This document shows, one piece after another, positions 19,774 to 30,611 of a DNA stretch of 64,000 nucleotides. Both the position numbers and the translations under genes were made by a program. The notes below the pieces were generated by a model, which saw only the letters and a list, made by a program, of their open reading frames with translations, was not told the DNA's origin and searched no databases. Location of the stretch: contig JAJYCX010000003.1 in NCBI GenBank assembly GCA_021778015.1, forward strand, positions 35,820 through 99,819, read 5' to 3'. The stretch is from Pseudomonadota bacterium. Lineage in GTDB: Bacteria > Pseudomonadota > Gammaproteobacteria > UBA1113. The first letter of the stretch is position 1, and each line of letters starts with the position of its first letter.

Positions 19774-20662
19774 TATGAAATACTGTAAATTACTTTATAT
19801 CGCTCTAGGCTCTATCCTAGCCATCTCTGCTTACGCGGCACCTATAGTCCAGGGTCAACCTGAAAATATGAATTCATATCCTGTGGCACAGAACAATGGC
19901 CAGCAAGCAGCGGCAATGCAAGTGGAGAGCAGTGCGAATGAACCCGCCGATTTAGTCAATACGGTTACGCAATTGCAACAACAAGTCCGCGGCTTACAAG
20001 GACAATTAGAAGTCCAAGCGCATCAAATAGATCAACTCACACAAGCACAAAAAAATATTTATTTACAATTAGAAAACAAATCGCCCGCTAATTCAGCCAT
20101 AAACGGCGCTGCAGCGGCGTTAACGACGGCAACGGTGGCGACAGCAACTACGCCTAAAAATAATGATGGTGTCAGTGTTAAACCTAACGCCACAATGAGT
20201 ACAGCAAGCACTAAAGCAGCATCCGCAACTGCCGCTGGTACTACGGCTGCCGCAACTACAACCAGCAGTACTGACGACAAACAAAAAGCCATTTATGATG
20301 GCGCTTATGAATTAATTACCAAGCAACAATACAGCGATGCCAGTGTAGGCATGAGCAATTATTTAAGCCAATACCCCAAGGGTGATTATGCTGCCAATGC
20401 GCATTATTGGTTGGGTGAAATAGGTTTAGTCGGCGGTGATTTAAACAGTGCACAAACGCACTTTCAAGCCGTAGTGACGCAATTTCCCAGTAGTCCTAAG
20501 ATAGCGGACGCACAATTGAAGTTGGGTTATATCTACTATCAACAAGGCAAATGGGCTGAAGCGCGCCAAACCTTGGAATCTTTAATAAAACAACACCCCA
20601 ATACTTCAGCAGCAACATTGGCTACACAACGCTTGCAAGATATGACTCAGCAAGGAGTGTAA
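19774..20662 (+). CDS. cpoB: Tol-Pal cell division coordinator CpoB (YbgF)
   Basis: Signal peptide, coiled coil, TPRs (ANAHYWLG, KIADAQLKLG). The track start 19712 lies inside the repeat, so ATG 19774 is preferred. Confidence 0.92.
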
Positions 20663-20666
20663 GCAT

Positions 20667-21302
20667 TTGTTGCGTGTTAGTGAAATTTTTTACTCTTTGC
20701 AAGGCGAGAGCGCCAGCGTAGGCATTCCCACTACTTTTATACGCTTAACGGGTTGTCCCTTGCGCTGTTATTATTGCGACACGGCTTATGCCTTTAGTGG
20801 CGGCGAAAAAGTCAGCATAGACAGTATTCTAGAAAAAGTAGCACTGTATCCTACACGCTATATCACCGTTACCGGTGGTGAACCTTTGGCTCAAGACAAT
20901 TGCCATAGTCTATTAAAGCAATTATGTGATAAAAATTATTGTGTATCGCTAGAAACCAGCGGCGCCTTGTCGGTGGCTAAGGTTGATCCGCGTGTGATTA
21001 AAGTGATGGATTTAAAGACCCCCAGCTCTAAAGAATGCGATAAAAATAATTATGATAATATTGATGATTTAACCACACAAGACCAAATCAAATTTGTCAT
21101 TGGCGATAAAGCCGATTTTGAGTGGAGCGTAGAGATGATCAAACAATATCAATTGGCACAAAAATGCCATCTTTTGTTTTCACCTATAGCGGATGTACTG
21201 TCACCCACGATATTAGCAGATTGGATCTTAGAACATGGCTTGCCAGTACGTTTTCAATTTCAACTGCATAAATATTTATGGGGTAATGTGCCAGGAAAAT
21301 AA
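20667..21302 (+). CDS. queE: 7-carboxy-7-deazaguanine synthase (radical SAM)
   Basis: EIFYSLQGE, CPLRCYYCDT, TGGEPL, QLHKYLW. Confidence 0.95.
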   Translation: MLRVSEIFYSLQGESASVGIPTTFIRLTGCPLRCYYCDTAYAFSGGEKVSIDSILEKVALYPTRYITVTGGEPLAQDNCHSLLKQLCDKNYCVSLETSGALSVAKVDPRVIKVMDLKTPSSKECDKNNYDNIDDLTTQDQIKFVIGDKADFEWSVEMIKQYQLAQKCHLLFSPIADVLSPTILADWILEHGLPVRFQFQLHKYLWGNVPGK

Positions 21303-21960
21303 TATGAGTATATCTCCCCCGAAAACGGAAGCAGAATTATGGCAACGTGCTGCTGCTATTGCTGATCAGACTTTAGGTGATTTAGCAGCAGCAGTATCTA
21401 TGACCATACCTAGCGATTTTCGCCGTCAGAAAGGCTTTATAGGTCAATTATTGGAACGCGTTTTAGGTGCTACAGCAGGTAATCTGTCTAAACCGGATTT
21501 TACATACTTAGGTATAGAATTAAAAACTTTGCCCTTAAATGCCAATGGTCAGCCTAAAGAATCAACCTATGTTAGCATTGTACCTTTGATGGGTAGAGAA
21601 CCTTTGTCTTGGCAGCATTGCGAGCTTTATCAAAAATTACGCCGTGTTTTATGGGTACCGTATTTTTTTGATAAAACTTTAGAACCGCAGTATTGGCGTT
21701 TAAGCGATCCGATATTATGGTCACCCAGTGTAGAAGAAGAAACTATTTTGCGCGAAGATTGGACTGAATTAATGAGTCGAGTGCAAATGGGGCAATTAGA
21801 TCAAATCGATGCGCGCTTAGGACAATACTTACAAATTCGTCCCAAGGCAATGAATGCGAATGTACGCACGCAGGGCATAGGTAGCAATGGCGAATGCGTG
21901 CGCACCTCACCACGCGGATTTTATTTACGGACATCGTTTACAGCGAGGATTATTGCTTAA
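21303..21960 (+). CDS. mutH: DNA mismatch repair endonuclease MutH
   Basis: KGFIGQLLE, PDF..LGIELKTLP, LQIRPKA, RGFYLR; start placed at the MSISPP ATG just after the queE stop (approximate). Confidence 0.93.
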
Positions 21961-21986
21961 GGATAGAGCTTCCATTATGCGGTCAC

Positions 21987-22231
21987 ATCCAGGGTTCAGC
22001 ATTAGAGTTCATTGCGTGACAGGCCCCGGCCAGCTCTGAATTCAAACAACACAGCCCTGGATATAGCCGAATCAAAAAGTTATAAACGGATATGACAAGT
22101 TCAAGGCAAAGCGCAATAGTGATGGACGGGTGGCACGTGACAGGAGCCCTCGGCGCGCGCAGGCACGAGCACGACGAGGATGTCACGTGACCGGGCCCGG
22201 CCAGCTTGAGTTATAATGCTGAACCCTGGAT
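21987..22231. mobile_element. MITE-like element with 18-bp terminal inverted repeats overlapping the 3' end of the ZIP gene
   Basis: ATCCAGGGTTCAGCATTA (21987-22004) / TAATGCTGAACCCTGGAT (22214-22231); internal direct repeats and a GC-rich hairpin. Confidence 0.6.
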
Positions 22232-23002
22232 ATCGCCTACCAAACTCACCAGCAATATCAATCCTGCACCTAAGCCATAATATAACCAGCGTTTATAAGA
22301 CGACGCATGCGCTGAGTGATCACAACCGGTTGAAGAATGGCAAATGGCAATGTATAAAAAGGTACCGGCGGCAAGGCTGTTAAAATAACCTTCGAATAAG
22401 TCAAAATGTTGCTGTTTTACTATAAAGCCTAGATTGCTAGCCAGAATAATACCTATAGGGGTGGCGAGTGCGAGCACGATGAGTAATTGCTTTTGCGACG
22501 ATGCTTTAAAATTATAGCGACCTAACACGGTGCCTAAGGCAAAACCTTCTGAGCCTTTGTGCATCAAAATGGCTATGGCCAGCGTTAGAAAATGTTCGTA
22601 GTTTGGGCTTAAACCTAAAGCACAGCCTTCAATCAAGGCATGTAGCGATAAAACTATTAAGATCCAATAAGCAAACCAATGATGTGATTTTTTCTCTCGA
22701 ATATAAATAAGATGGGTAATGCCTTTTTCACAGATCAGCATAAATAAGAAGGAGGCTAAGCCTAGAGCGCTTATGATATATAAGGTTTTCGTGCTTAGAG
22801 TGGGGACTAAGTCCGTATAAGCTTCAGGTAAGAAGTGCAATAAGGCAATGCCAAAAAAAATACCACGCGAAAGAGATTCAGCAAATATTAAAGACTGTAA
22901 GCGCGCACCACTATGATAGGCGCGCGCTTTTGAACCGAAGATATAAACGCAGTAAAAAGCGATAATGGCCGCTATATACTGACTAGTGTAAAGACTCCAC
23001 AC
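22211..23002 (-). CDS. ZIP-family zinc/metal transporter
   Basis: LLHFLPEA, LSLHALIEGCALG, AILMHKGSEGF, AAGTFLYIA; about eight TM segments. Confidence 0.9.
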   Translation of the reverse strand: MWSLYTSQYIAAIIAFYCVYIFGSKARAYHSGARLQSLIFAESLSRGIFFGIALLHFLPEAYTDLVPTLSTKTLYIISALGLASFLFMLICEKGITHLIYIREKKSHHWFAYWILIVLSLHALIEGCALGLSPNYEHFLTLAIAILMHKGSEGFALGTVLGRYNFKASSQKQLLIVLALATPIGIILASNLGFIVKQQHFDLFEGYFNSLAAGTFLYIAICHSSTGCDHSAHASSYKRWLYYGLGAGLILLVSLVGDIQGSAL

Positions 23003-23015
23003 GGTTAAGTCTTAG

Positions 23016-24389
23016 CTATCTTTTTAGCAAGACGAATGCCGCACCTGAATCACGCAATATACTGACTAACAATGTTTTATCACTATTTTGACTGTATTTT
23101 GCTAGTTGATCTGTCGTTTGCACCTGATTGTTGCCCACAGTCAAGATGATGTCACCAGGACGCAAGCCTGCTTGCCAAGCTGGAGTATTTTCATCTAAAT
23201 CGAGGATCTGAACTCCTTTAACATGACCATAGCTAGGCACTATCGTATCGTAGTTTTGCAACATCGTACCAAAGAAGAAAGGATCTTGATTGGCCACTTG
23301 ATTTTGATAGGTATCAGGGTTAGCCGATATTAAGGTAATCGTCATCGGCTTACCATTCCTAAGAATACTCAAACTCACATGACTGCCTGAACGCAGTAAG
23401 CCTATGCTATTTTTAACCTGTGATGCCGACCCTACTTTTTCACCATTGACTGCGATGATAACATCGCCTAATTTCAATCCGGCCTTTTCGGCGGGGGATA
23501 AAGGATTCACCATCGTGATAATAGCGCCTTTAGTCATGTCATCGTGGAAAGCGGCGGCTAATTCTGGGGTGAGGGTTTGCATCATAATGCCGACGATGCC
23601 GCGATCGACCTTACCATATTTAATAATTTGGTTGGCCACACTTTGCGCCATATTAGAAGGTATAGCGAAACCTATACCGACATTGCCGCCGCTAGGCGCT
23701 AAAATGGCGGTATTGATACCGACCAATTCACCCTTGAGATTGATTAGAGCACCACCCGAGTTACCTGGATTAATAGAGGCATCGGTTTGGATAAAATCTT
23801 CATAACCTTCTATGCCTAAGTCGCTACGGCGTAATGCACTGACTATACCAGAGGTTACCGTTTGGTCTAAGCCATAAGGGTTACCAATAGCAATCACAAA
23901 ATCGCCTACTTTGAGCGAGTCGGAATTAGCAAAAGGCAATGCCACTAAATTATTGGCCTTAATTTGTAATACCGCGATATCAGAAAGGGCATCTTTACCT
24001 ACCAAACGTGCTTTGAAACGACGGCCATCGCTTAAAGTAACGTTAAAACTATTATTTTTGTTGACTAAATGCGCATTGGTAATAACATATCCCTTAGAAG
24101 CATCGATAATCACACCTGAACCTATATTAAAGCCTTTTTCTTCGCGTTTAGGGCTTGGGGTAGCGTTACTATTGCTATTACCTTGCTCTTCGCTCGCATC
24201 CATTTTAGGGGCGGCAGGATTGGTGTTCTTTGCTTCAATATTAACCACTGTGGCCATAACAGGTTGTACAATTTTTGATAATGACGGCAGAGCTTGATTA
24301 TTGACACTGGACGGCAAGCCCGCTTCTAAGCCTAGAGGTGCCAGGGTTAAGGCTAGACAGCTTAAAAACAGTAATTGAGATAATTTCAT
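23016..24389 (-). CDS. DegP/DegQ periplasmic serine protease
   Basis: ITNAH, DIAVL, INPGNSGG catalytic motifs and two PDZ domains. Confidence 0.95.
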   Translation of the reverse strand: MKLSQLLFLSCLALTLAPLGLEAGLPSSVNNQALPSLSKIVQPVMATVVNIEAKNTNPAAPKMDASEEQGNSNSNATPSPKREEKGFNIGSGVIIDASKGYVITNAHLVNKNNSFNVTLSDGRRFKARLVGKDALSDIAVLQIKANNLVALPFANSDSLKVGDFVIAIGNPYGLDQTVTSGIVSALRRSDLGIEGYEDFIQTDASINPGNSGGALINLKGELVGINTAILAPSGGNVGIGFAIPSNMAQSVANQIIKYGKVDRGIVGIMMQTLTPELAAAFHDDMTKGAIITMVNPLSPAEKAGLKLGDVIIAVNGEKVGSASQVKNSIGLLRSGSHVSLSILRNGKPMTITLISANPDTYQNQVANQDPFFFGTMLQNYDTIVPSYGHVKGVQILDLDENTPAWQAGLRPGDIILTVGNNQVQTTDQLAKYSQNSDKTLLVSILRDSGAAFVLLKR

Positions 24390-24443
24390 AACAGCTCCGT
24401 AGTATAAATAGTAATCAGTATATTATCGTATAGGCATTTTGTA

Positions 24444-24570
24444 TATTCACAGCAGTTGATTTTTAGGCGAGGCGCCTAGCTCCCGAGCACCAGGAGTATA
24501 CTTCACAAGTATATGGGTTCTGGTGCAGACGGGCGTAACAACAAAGCCTAAAGGCCAACTGCGAAGAGTA
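24444..24570. repeat. Family A palindromic element, full copy
   Basis: Same termini and CGAGCACCAGGAGT core as 3407-3529. Confidence 0.85.
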
Positions 24571-24670
24571 CATAAATAGCATTATTGGTGATTTTATGCA
24601 AGCCTTTATTTTTGGCTTACAACCCGGTATGATGTTGCTGCAGTTGAATAACTAAGCGAGCAAAAAGGAT

Positions 24671-26284
24671 ATGTTACAAAGCATTCGTGATAAAACCCAG
24701 GGTATAATAGCAACGCTCATCGTTGGTTTGGTGGCGCTGACTTTCGCTATTTGGGGCATTCATTATTATCTTGAAGAAAGTAAGAGTACTACCGTCGTCA
24801 TTCAGGTAAATAGTGCAAAATTAACCCAAGATAATTTTGATCGCATCTTGCGCCGTGATCAACGCTTATTGTCGCTGACACGTCCAGATACTGAAATGAC
24901 CGATGTAGTACAGCAAAAAATACAGAAAATGGCTGTGGACCAATGGGTACAAAAGACTCTGTTAACCCAAGGAGCTAAAAGCATTGGTTTTAGCGTTTCG
25001 CCGCAAATTCTGCAGCAAACGCTGGCAAGTCTAGATATGTTCCAAGAAAATGGTCAATTTTCACTCGCGTTATATCAACAAAAAATCGATTACATGGGTT
25101 ATACTCCTGAAGAATTTCAAAAGAATCTACAAGATCAATTATTAGTAGATCAAGTGGCTTACGGTCTATCCAAAAGTGACTTTGTGCTGCCTAATGAATT
25201 GCATCAAGTCATAGGTACGTTGTATCAAACCCGCGACATAGGTTATGTGTTAATACCGCAAAAATCATTTATCAGCAGTGTGGTCATTAAGCCAGAAGAC
25301 ATTAAAAACTATTATGCAACCCATCAACAAGACTTCATGGATCCTGAAAAGGTTAAAGTAGAATACTTGCAGATTAAGCCTCAAGATTTAAAGCAACAGA
25401 TTACGGTAAGCGACGATAATATCAAAACATTTTATCAAGAACATGCCGATCTGCAAAATAAACCTTTGTCTGAAGTTAAAAACAGCATTAAGGAACGTTT
25501 GCAAAATCAAAATGCCGATAAATTGATGGCTAGCTTAAGTGATCAACTCGATAGCTTGTCTTACGAAGATCCTACTAGTTTACAACCGGTATCACAAAAG
25601 TTACATATTGCCACACAAGTCAGCGATTGGTTAACACGTCAGGATACTTCAGCCAATGCGCCTTTCCCGCCGGCAGTGATACAAGCCGCTTTTAGCAACG
25701 ATGTGCTACAACAAGGCTATAACAGTGCGCTGCTTACTTTAAACGATGGCAGTGTGATGGTATTGCGTTTAAAAGCGCATGAAGCGAGTCAAGCGAAACC
25801 TTTAGCGGCTGTGCAAGATCAAATTAAAGCCATTCTAACCGCACAAGCAGCTAAAAAAGCAGCAGTGGCTAAGGGAGATAGTATTCTAAAAGCTTTGCAA
25901 CAAGGACTAGATCCTAAAACCACGGCACAAAAGAATGGTTTTGTATGGCAAGAAGCTTTTAATGCGGCGCGCACTTCCGTCGGATTAAATCCAGAATTGC
26001 TAGTCGCTTTATTCAATGTGTCACTAAATCATAAAGCAAATGAAGCTATTTTGTCAGGACTGGCACTGAGTAATGGCGATTATCTGTTATTGCAGATTAA
26101 AGGCGTGCATCCAGGCGTAGACAGCAGTTTAACCGCTAAAGACAAAACACAATTGGCGCAACAATGGGCAGAATCTTTAGGGCAAATAGATTATGCATTT
26201 TACAATCGTAGTTTGCGCGATAATGCAAAAATCAAAGTGAATTTACCTAAAAGTGAATCCAATGATGAAGACAATGGGCAGTGA
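24671..26284 (+). CDS. ppiD: PpiD-like membrane-anchored periplasmic chaperone
   Basis: MLQSIRDK..TM..SurA_N domain, FQENGQFS, PEKVKVEYL; shorter than typical PpiD. Confidence 0.85.
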   Translation: MLQSIRDKTQGIIATLIVGLVALTFAIWGIHYYLEESKSTTVVIQVNSAKLTQDNFDRILRRDQRLLSLTRPDTEMTDVVQQKIQKMAVDQWVQKTLLTQGAKSIGFSVSPQILQQTLASLDMFQENGQFSLALYQQKIDYMGYTPEEFQKNLQDQLLVDQVAYGLSKSDFVLPNELHQVIGTLYQTRDIGYVLIPQKSFISSVVIKPEDIKNYYATHQQDFMDPEKVKVEYLQIKPQDLKQQITVSDDNIKTFYQEHADLQNKPLSEVKNSIKERLQNQNADKLMASLSDQLDSLSYEDPTSLQPVSQKLHIATQVSDWLTRQDTSANAPFPPAVIQAAFSNDVLQQGYNSALLTLNDGSVMVLRLKAHEASQAKPLAAVQDQIKAILTAQAAKKAAVAKGDSILKALQQGLDPKTTAQKNGFVWQEAFNAARTSVGLNPELLVALFNVSLNHKANEAILSGLALSNGDYLLLQIKGVHPGVDSSLTAKDKTQLAQQWAESLGQIDYAFYNRSLRDNAKIKVNLPKSESNDEDNGQ

Positions 26285-26328
26285 TATAGTGAGATCTTGA
26301 TGAAGGCTTTGTAGTTGCATCAAAGCTT

Positions 26329-26466
26329 TGTCATCCTCGACGAAGTCGGGGCTCCAGTTGCGATTCAAGTTTTTTCTGGATCCCCGACTGCGGCCTCACG
26401 GCCTAGTCGAGGATGACAACGTTCTAGTTTTGTGATGGATTAAGCTTGATCTCACATCTCGAAGTG
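26329..26466. repeat. Family D REP-like palindrome (26329-26418) with conserved ~50-bp flank
   Basis: TGTCATCCTCGAC...GTCGAGGATGACA; the flank is the reverse-complement homologue of 62286-62332. Confidence 0.85.
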
Positions 26467-26502
26467 TAAACAGGTTAATTTTTTAATATAAAGGGGTTCT
26501 AA

Positions 26503-27543
26503 ATGGATGATCAAAAATTAAAAGCGCTAAGTGCGGTACGCGATCAAATCGAGCGCCAATTTGGCAAAGGTGCAGTGATGTTATTAGGGGAGCATTCAGA
26601 TGACCATGAAATCGAAACGATTTCTTCGGGCTCCTTGGGTTTGGATATCGCTCTGGGCGGTGGTTTCCCACGCGGGCGTGTAGTTGAAATTTACGGCCCT
26701 GAGTCTTCGGGTAAAACAACGATGACACTACAAGCTATTGCTGAATGTCAAAAGGTAGGTGGGCAAGCCGCTTTCATCGATGCTGAACATGCGATGGATC
26801 CAGGTTACGCGCTTAAACTAGGCGTGAATGTAAAAGACTTATTAGTGTCACAACCGGATACCGGCGAACAAGCCTTGGAAATTGTAGACATGCTGGTGCG
26901 TTCCAACGCCGTAGACATTATCGTCATCGATTCGGTAGCGGCCTTAACGCCTAGAGCCGAAATTGAAGGCGAGATGGGCGACCAACACATGGGCTTGCAT
27001 GCTCGTTTGATGTCACAAGCCTTGCGTAAGTTAACAGCCAATATCAAACGTTCCAATACCTTGGTTATTTTCATCAACCAAATCCGTATGAAAATTGGTG
27101 TTATGTTTGGTAGTCCAGAAACGACTACGGGTGGTAACGCGCTGAAATTTTATGCTTCAGTACGCTTAGACATACGTCGTACGGGTGCTTTGAAACGTGG
27201 CGATGAAATTTATGGTAACGAAACTAAGGTTAAAGTGGTCAAAAATAAAGTTGCACCACCATTCAAAGTGGCCGAATTCGACATTCTGTATGGCGAAGGC
27301 GTTTCTTATCACGGCGAATTAGTAGACTTAGGTGCCAAACATAAAGTGATTGAAAAGTCTGGTGCTTGGTACAGTTACAATGGCGAACGTATGGGTCAAG
27401 GTAAGGATAATGTGCGCCAATTCTTGAAAGACAATCCAGCCATCGCCAAAGAGATCGATGCTAAACTACGTTCAGAACTATTAGCACATCCTGAAGCATT
27501 GCTGGCTAGCGATAGTGATGTCGTGGAGGACAGTGAGATCTGA
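26503..27543 (+). CDS. recA: Recombinase A
   Basis: [38 protein letters not shown]. Confidence 0.99.
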   Translation: MDDQKLKALSAVRDQIERQFGKGAVMLLGEHSDDHEIETISSGSLGLDIALGGGFPRGRVVEIYGPESSGKTTMTLQAIAECQKVGGQAAFIDAEHAMDPGYALKLGVNVKDLLVSQPDTGEQALEIVDMLVRSNAVDIIVIDSVAALTPRAEIEGEMGDQHMGLHARLMSQALRKLTANIKRSNTLVIFINQIRMKIGVMFGSPETTTGGNALKFYASVRLDIRRTGALKRGDEIYGNETKVKVVKNKVAPPFKVAEFDILYGEGVSYHGELVDLGAKHKVIEKSGAWYSYNGERMGQGKDNVRQFLKDNPAIAKEIDAKLRSELLAHPEALLASDSDVVEDSEI

Positions 27544-28001
27544 GCACACTAGACGAGGAAGAGTATAAACGGTTACGGCGTGCGGCATTCAATGCTTTGG
27601 CACGCCGTGATCACAGCGTAGATGAGTTAAAGAAAAAGTTATTAAAGAGAAGCGATGACATTGAGCTAGTTAATGCGGTTGTTAATGCACTCATAGCAGA
27701 TCGCTATTTAGATGATGCGCGTTTAACGGAATTACTAACTCAAGCTAAATATAGGCAAGGTTTAGGGCCGGAGCGTATTAAACGTTTACTGCAAAGCAAA
27801 GCGCTTTCTTATGATGATGTATACAACGCTTTTAACGAAAGCGAGTGGCGAGTAGGTTTAGCGATGACCTGGAGCAAACGATTTACTGAAAAACCCAAGG
27901 ATAATAAAAGTTACACGCAGCAAGCGCGTTATTTACAATATCGTGGTTTTTCCTTAGAGCAAATTAATCGATTTTTACGAGAAAAACATGAACAGCAATG
28001 A
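27540..28001 (+). CDS. recX: Regulatory protein RecX (probable CTG start)
   Basis: [25 protein letters not shown]; the frame is open upstream of the track start back to 27537. Confidence 0.88.
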   Translation: MSTLDEEEYKRLRRAAFNALARRDHSVDELKKKLLKRSDDIELVNAVVNALIADRYLDDARLTELLTQAKYRQGLGPERIKRLLQSKALSYDDVYNAFNESEWRVGLAMTWSKRFTEKPKDNKSYTQQARYLQYRGFSLEQINRFLREKHEQQ

Positions 28002-30582
28002 ATTACGACGAAAATTTTTAGAATATTTTCAAGAACACGACCATACTTTAGTCGCCAGCAGTTCCTTGGTGCCGCATAACGACTCTACCTTATTGTTTGT
28101 CAATGCAGGCATGGTGCAGTTTAAAGATGTTTTTTTAGGTTTAGACAAAAGGCCTTATACACGTGCCTGTTCTTCGCAGACTTGTGTGCGTGCTGGGGGT
28201 AAACACAATGATTTAGATAATGTAGGTTACACTGCCAGGCACCATACCTTTTTTGAAATGTTGGGTAATTTTAGTTTTGGTGATTATTTTAAACGCGAAG
28301 CCATTTATTATGCCTGGAATTTTTTAACCAAGGTATTGCATTTGCCTGCAGAAAAATTGTGGGTGACTGTGTTTGAAGAAGATACGGAAGCCGCTTCTAT
28401 TTGGTTAAATGAATTAAAAATCGATCCTAAGCGGTTTTCACGTTGTGGTAAAGAAGATAACTTCTGGTCTATGGGCGATACAGGACCTTGCGGGCCTTGT
28501 TCTGAAATATTTTACGATCACGGTGAAGCTATTTTCGGCGGTCCTCCAGGCACTGCGGATGCCGATGGCGATCGCTATGTAGAAATATGGAATATGGTCT
28601 TTATGCAATACGACCGCCAAGCGTCGGGCGAATTACAACCATTGCCTAAGCCTTCGGTGGATACCGGTATGGGCCTAGAGCGCATTTCAGCGGTGATGCA
28701 AGGCGTGCACAATAATTATGACACCGATTTATTTGTGCCGTTGATTAAAGCCATTGCCGAAAAAGCGCATTGCGGGGATTTAACGAATACTTCCTTACGT
28801 GTTATTGCCGATCACATACGATCGTGTTCTTTCTTGGTTGCCGATGGCGTTATTCCTAGCAACGAAGGCCGCGGTTATGTGCTGCGACGTATTATACGCC
28901 GAGCAGTGCGTCATGGTCATGCATTAGGTTTAACGGAACCTTTCTTCTATAGTTTAGTTCCTACCTTGGTGAGCATTTTGGGTGAAGCCTATCCTAAAAT
29001 AGTATTACAACAAGAGCAGATTGCGCGCACCTTAAAACAGGAAGAAGAGCAATTTAGCCGCACCTTAGAACAAGGCATGCGTTTATTGGAACAGGAAATT
29101 TCTAAATTAAGCGGGCAGTGCATTCCGGGCAGTATTATTTTCAAATTATATGATACCTATGGTTTTCCACCTGATTTAACGGCGGATATCGCTCGGGAGC
29201 GCGGCTTGCATTTGGATATGGAAGGTTTTGAAGAAGAAATGACCAAACAACGTGAATTATCTTCCAAAGCCAGCCAATTTAGTTTTGATTATCATGGAAA
29301 ACTTGCTTTTGAAGACAAAACTAATTTTACGGGTTATGAATCATTGGCAGACAGCGCAGAAATTATTGGTTTTGTGTTTGAAGGCAAAAAAGTCGATATT
29401 CTAAAAGCAGGTCAGAAAGGCGCGGTTATTTTATCGCATACACCTTTTTATGCTGAAAGCGGCGGCCAGGTCGGTGATCAGGGTGTTTTATTGCATAACA
29501 ACGAAGAATTCATCGTCGAAGACACGCAAAAGCAGGGTAGTAGTATCGTGCATTTCGGCCATTTAAAACAGGGCGAATGGAAGTTGGGGCTAAGGGTGAA
29601 TGCTAAGGTCGATAGCACGTTGCGACGCGCCACCGCACGTAATCACACGGCTACGCACTTATTACATGCCGTGTTGCAAAAAATATTAGGCAAAGAAGTG
29701 GTGCAAAAAGGTTCGTTGGTCGCACCTGATCGCTTGCGGTTTGATTTTTCTTATAGTAAAGCATTATCACCTGAAATATTGCAGCAGATTGAAGAAAAAG
29801 TAAATGCAGAAATTTTGAATAATACCTTGGTGGAAACACATCAAATGAATGCCGAAGAAGCCATCAAAGGCGGTGCCATGGCTTTATTTGGTGAAAAATA
29901 CGATGAAGTGGTACGAGTATTACAGATCGGCGATTTTTCTAAAGAGTTGTGTGGTGGTACGCATGTCAGCCGTAGTGGCGATATAGGCTTGTTTAAGATC
30001 ATCGCTGAAACCGGCATTGCTGCGGGCATTCGCCGTATCGAAGCAATCACCGGTATGGCTGCATGGCAGTGGGTAAATATGTTGAGTCAAGATTTTAACG
30101 CAATATGCGATGTGATTAAAATTCAAAAAGACGATGCCGTAACGCGTGCAAAACAACAGGTAGAGCGTTGGAAGAAACTGGAAAAGAATTTAGAAAAATC
30201 CGAAAGCCAATTGGCTTTGTTAAAGAGTCGCGATTTATTATCGCATGTAGAAAAAATGGATTCCGTGCAATACCTCTGCAGCGATGTAGGCCAGGTCGAT
30301 CCCAAAACCTTACGTGAAATGTTAATTCAAATTCAATCTACGTTAGAACGCAGTATTGTGGTATTAGCCAGCGTATATGAAGATAAAGTGCATTTAGTGG
30401 TGGGTGTGAGCACTCCCTTAAGTGATAAAGTCCATGCAGGCCAATTGGTAGGCTTTCTCGCCGAAAAATTAGGCGGCAAAGGCGGCGGTCGTGCTGATAT
30501 GGCCCAGGCTGCGGGCAATGATGTTAGTCAGTTAAAAACCGTGCTGGGATTGGCGAAAGAATGGGTTCGCCCCCAAATATGA
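27988..30582 (+). CDS. alaS: Alanine--tRNA ligase
   Basis: LLFVNAGMVQFK, RHHTFFEMLGNFSFGDYFK, HTATH, ELCGGTH, GGKGGG. Confidence 0.99.
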   Translation: MNSNELRRKFLEYFQEHDHTLVASSSLVPHNDSTLLFVNAGMVQFKDVFLGLDKRPYTRACSSQTCVRAGGKHNDLDNVGYTARHHTFFEMLGNFSFGDYFKREAIYYAWNFLTKVLHLPAEKLWVTVFEEDTEAASIWLNELKIDPKRFSRCGKEDNFWSMGDTGPCGPCSEIFYDHGEAIFGGPPGTADADGDRYVEIWNMVFMQYDRQASGELQPLPKPSVDTGMGLERISAVMQGVHNNYDTDLFVPLIKAIAEKAHCGDLTNTSLRVIADHIRSCSFLVADGVIPSNEGRGYVLRRIIRRAVRHGHALGLTEPFFYSLVPTLVSILGEAYPKIVLQQEQIARTLKQEEEQFSRTLEQGMRLLEQEISKLSGQCIPGSIIFKLYDTYGFPPDLTADIARERGLHLDMEGFEEEMTKQRELSSKASQFSFDYHGKLAFEDKTNFTGYESLADSAEIIGFVFEGKKVDILKAGQKGAVILSHTPFYAESGGQVGDQGVLLHNNEEFIVEDTQKQGSSIVHFGHLKQGEWKLGLRVNAKVDSTLRRATARNHTATHLLHAVLQKILGKEVVQKGSLVAPDRLRFDFSYSKALSPEILQQIEEKVNAEILNNTLVETHQMNAEEAIKGGAMALFGEKYDEVVRVLQIGDFSKELCGGTHVSRSGDIGLFKIIAETGIAAGIRRIEAITGMAAWQWVNMLSQDFNAICDVIKIQKDDAVTRAKQQVERWKKLEKNLEKSESQLALLKSRDLLSHVEKMDSVQYLCSDVGQVDPKTLREMLIQIQSTLERSIVVLASVYEDKVHLVVGVSTPLSDKVHAGQLVGFLAEKLGGKGGGRADMAQAAGNDVSQLKTVLGLAKEWVRPQI

Positions 30583-30611
30583 CCACCATAAAATAATTAT
30601 TAACGAGGAGT

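Noticed and set aside
20667-21960. queE plus nuclease as a 7-deazaguanine (Dpd) restriction-modification system
   Set aside because: queE is in its usual place after cpoB, the nuclease looks like canonical MutH, and no dpdA or tgt-like gene is present.
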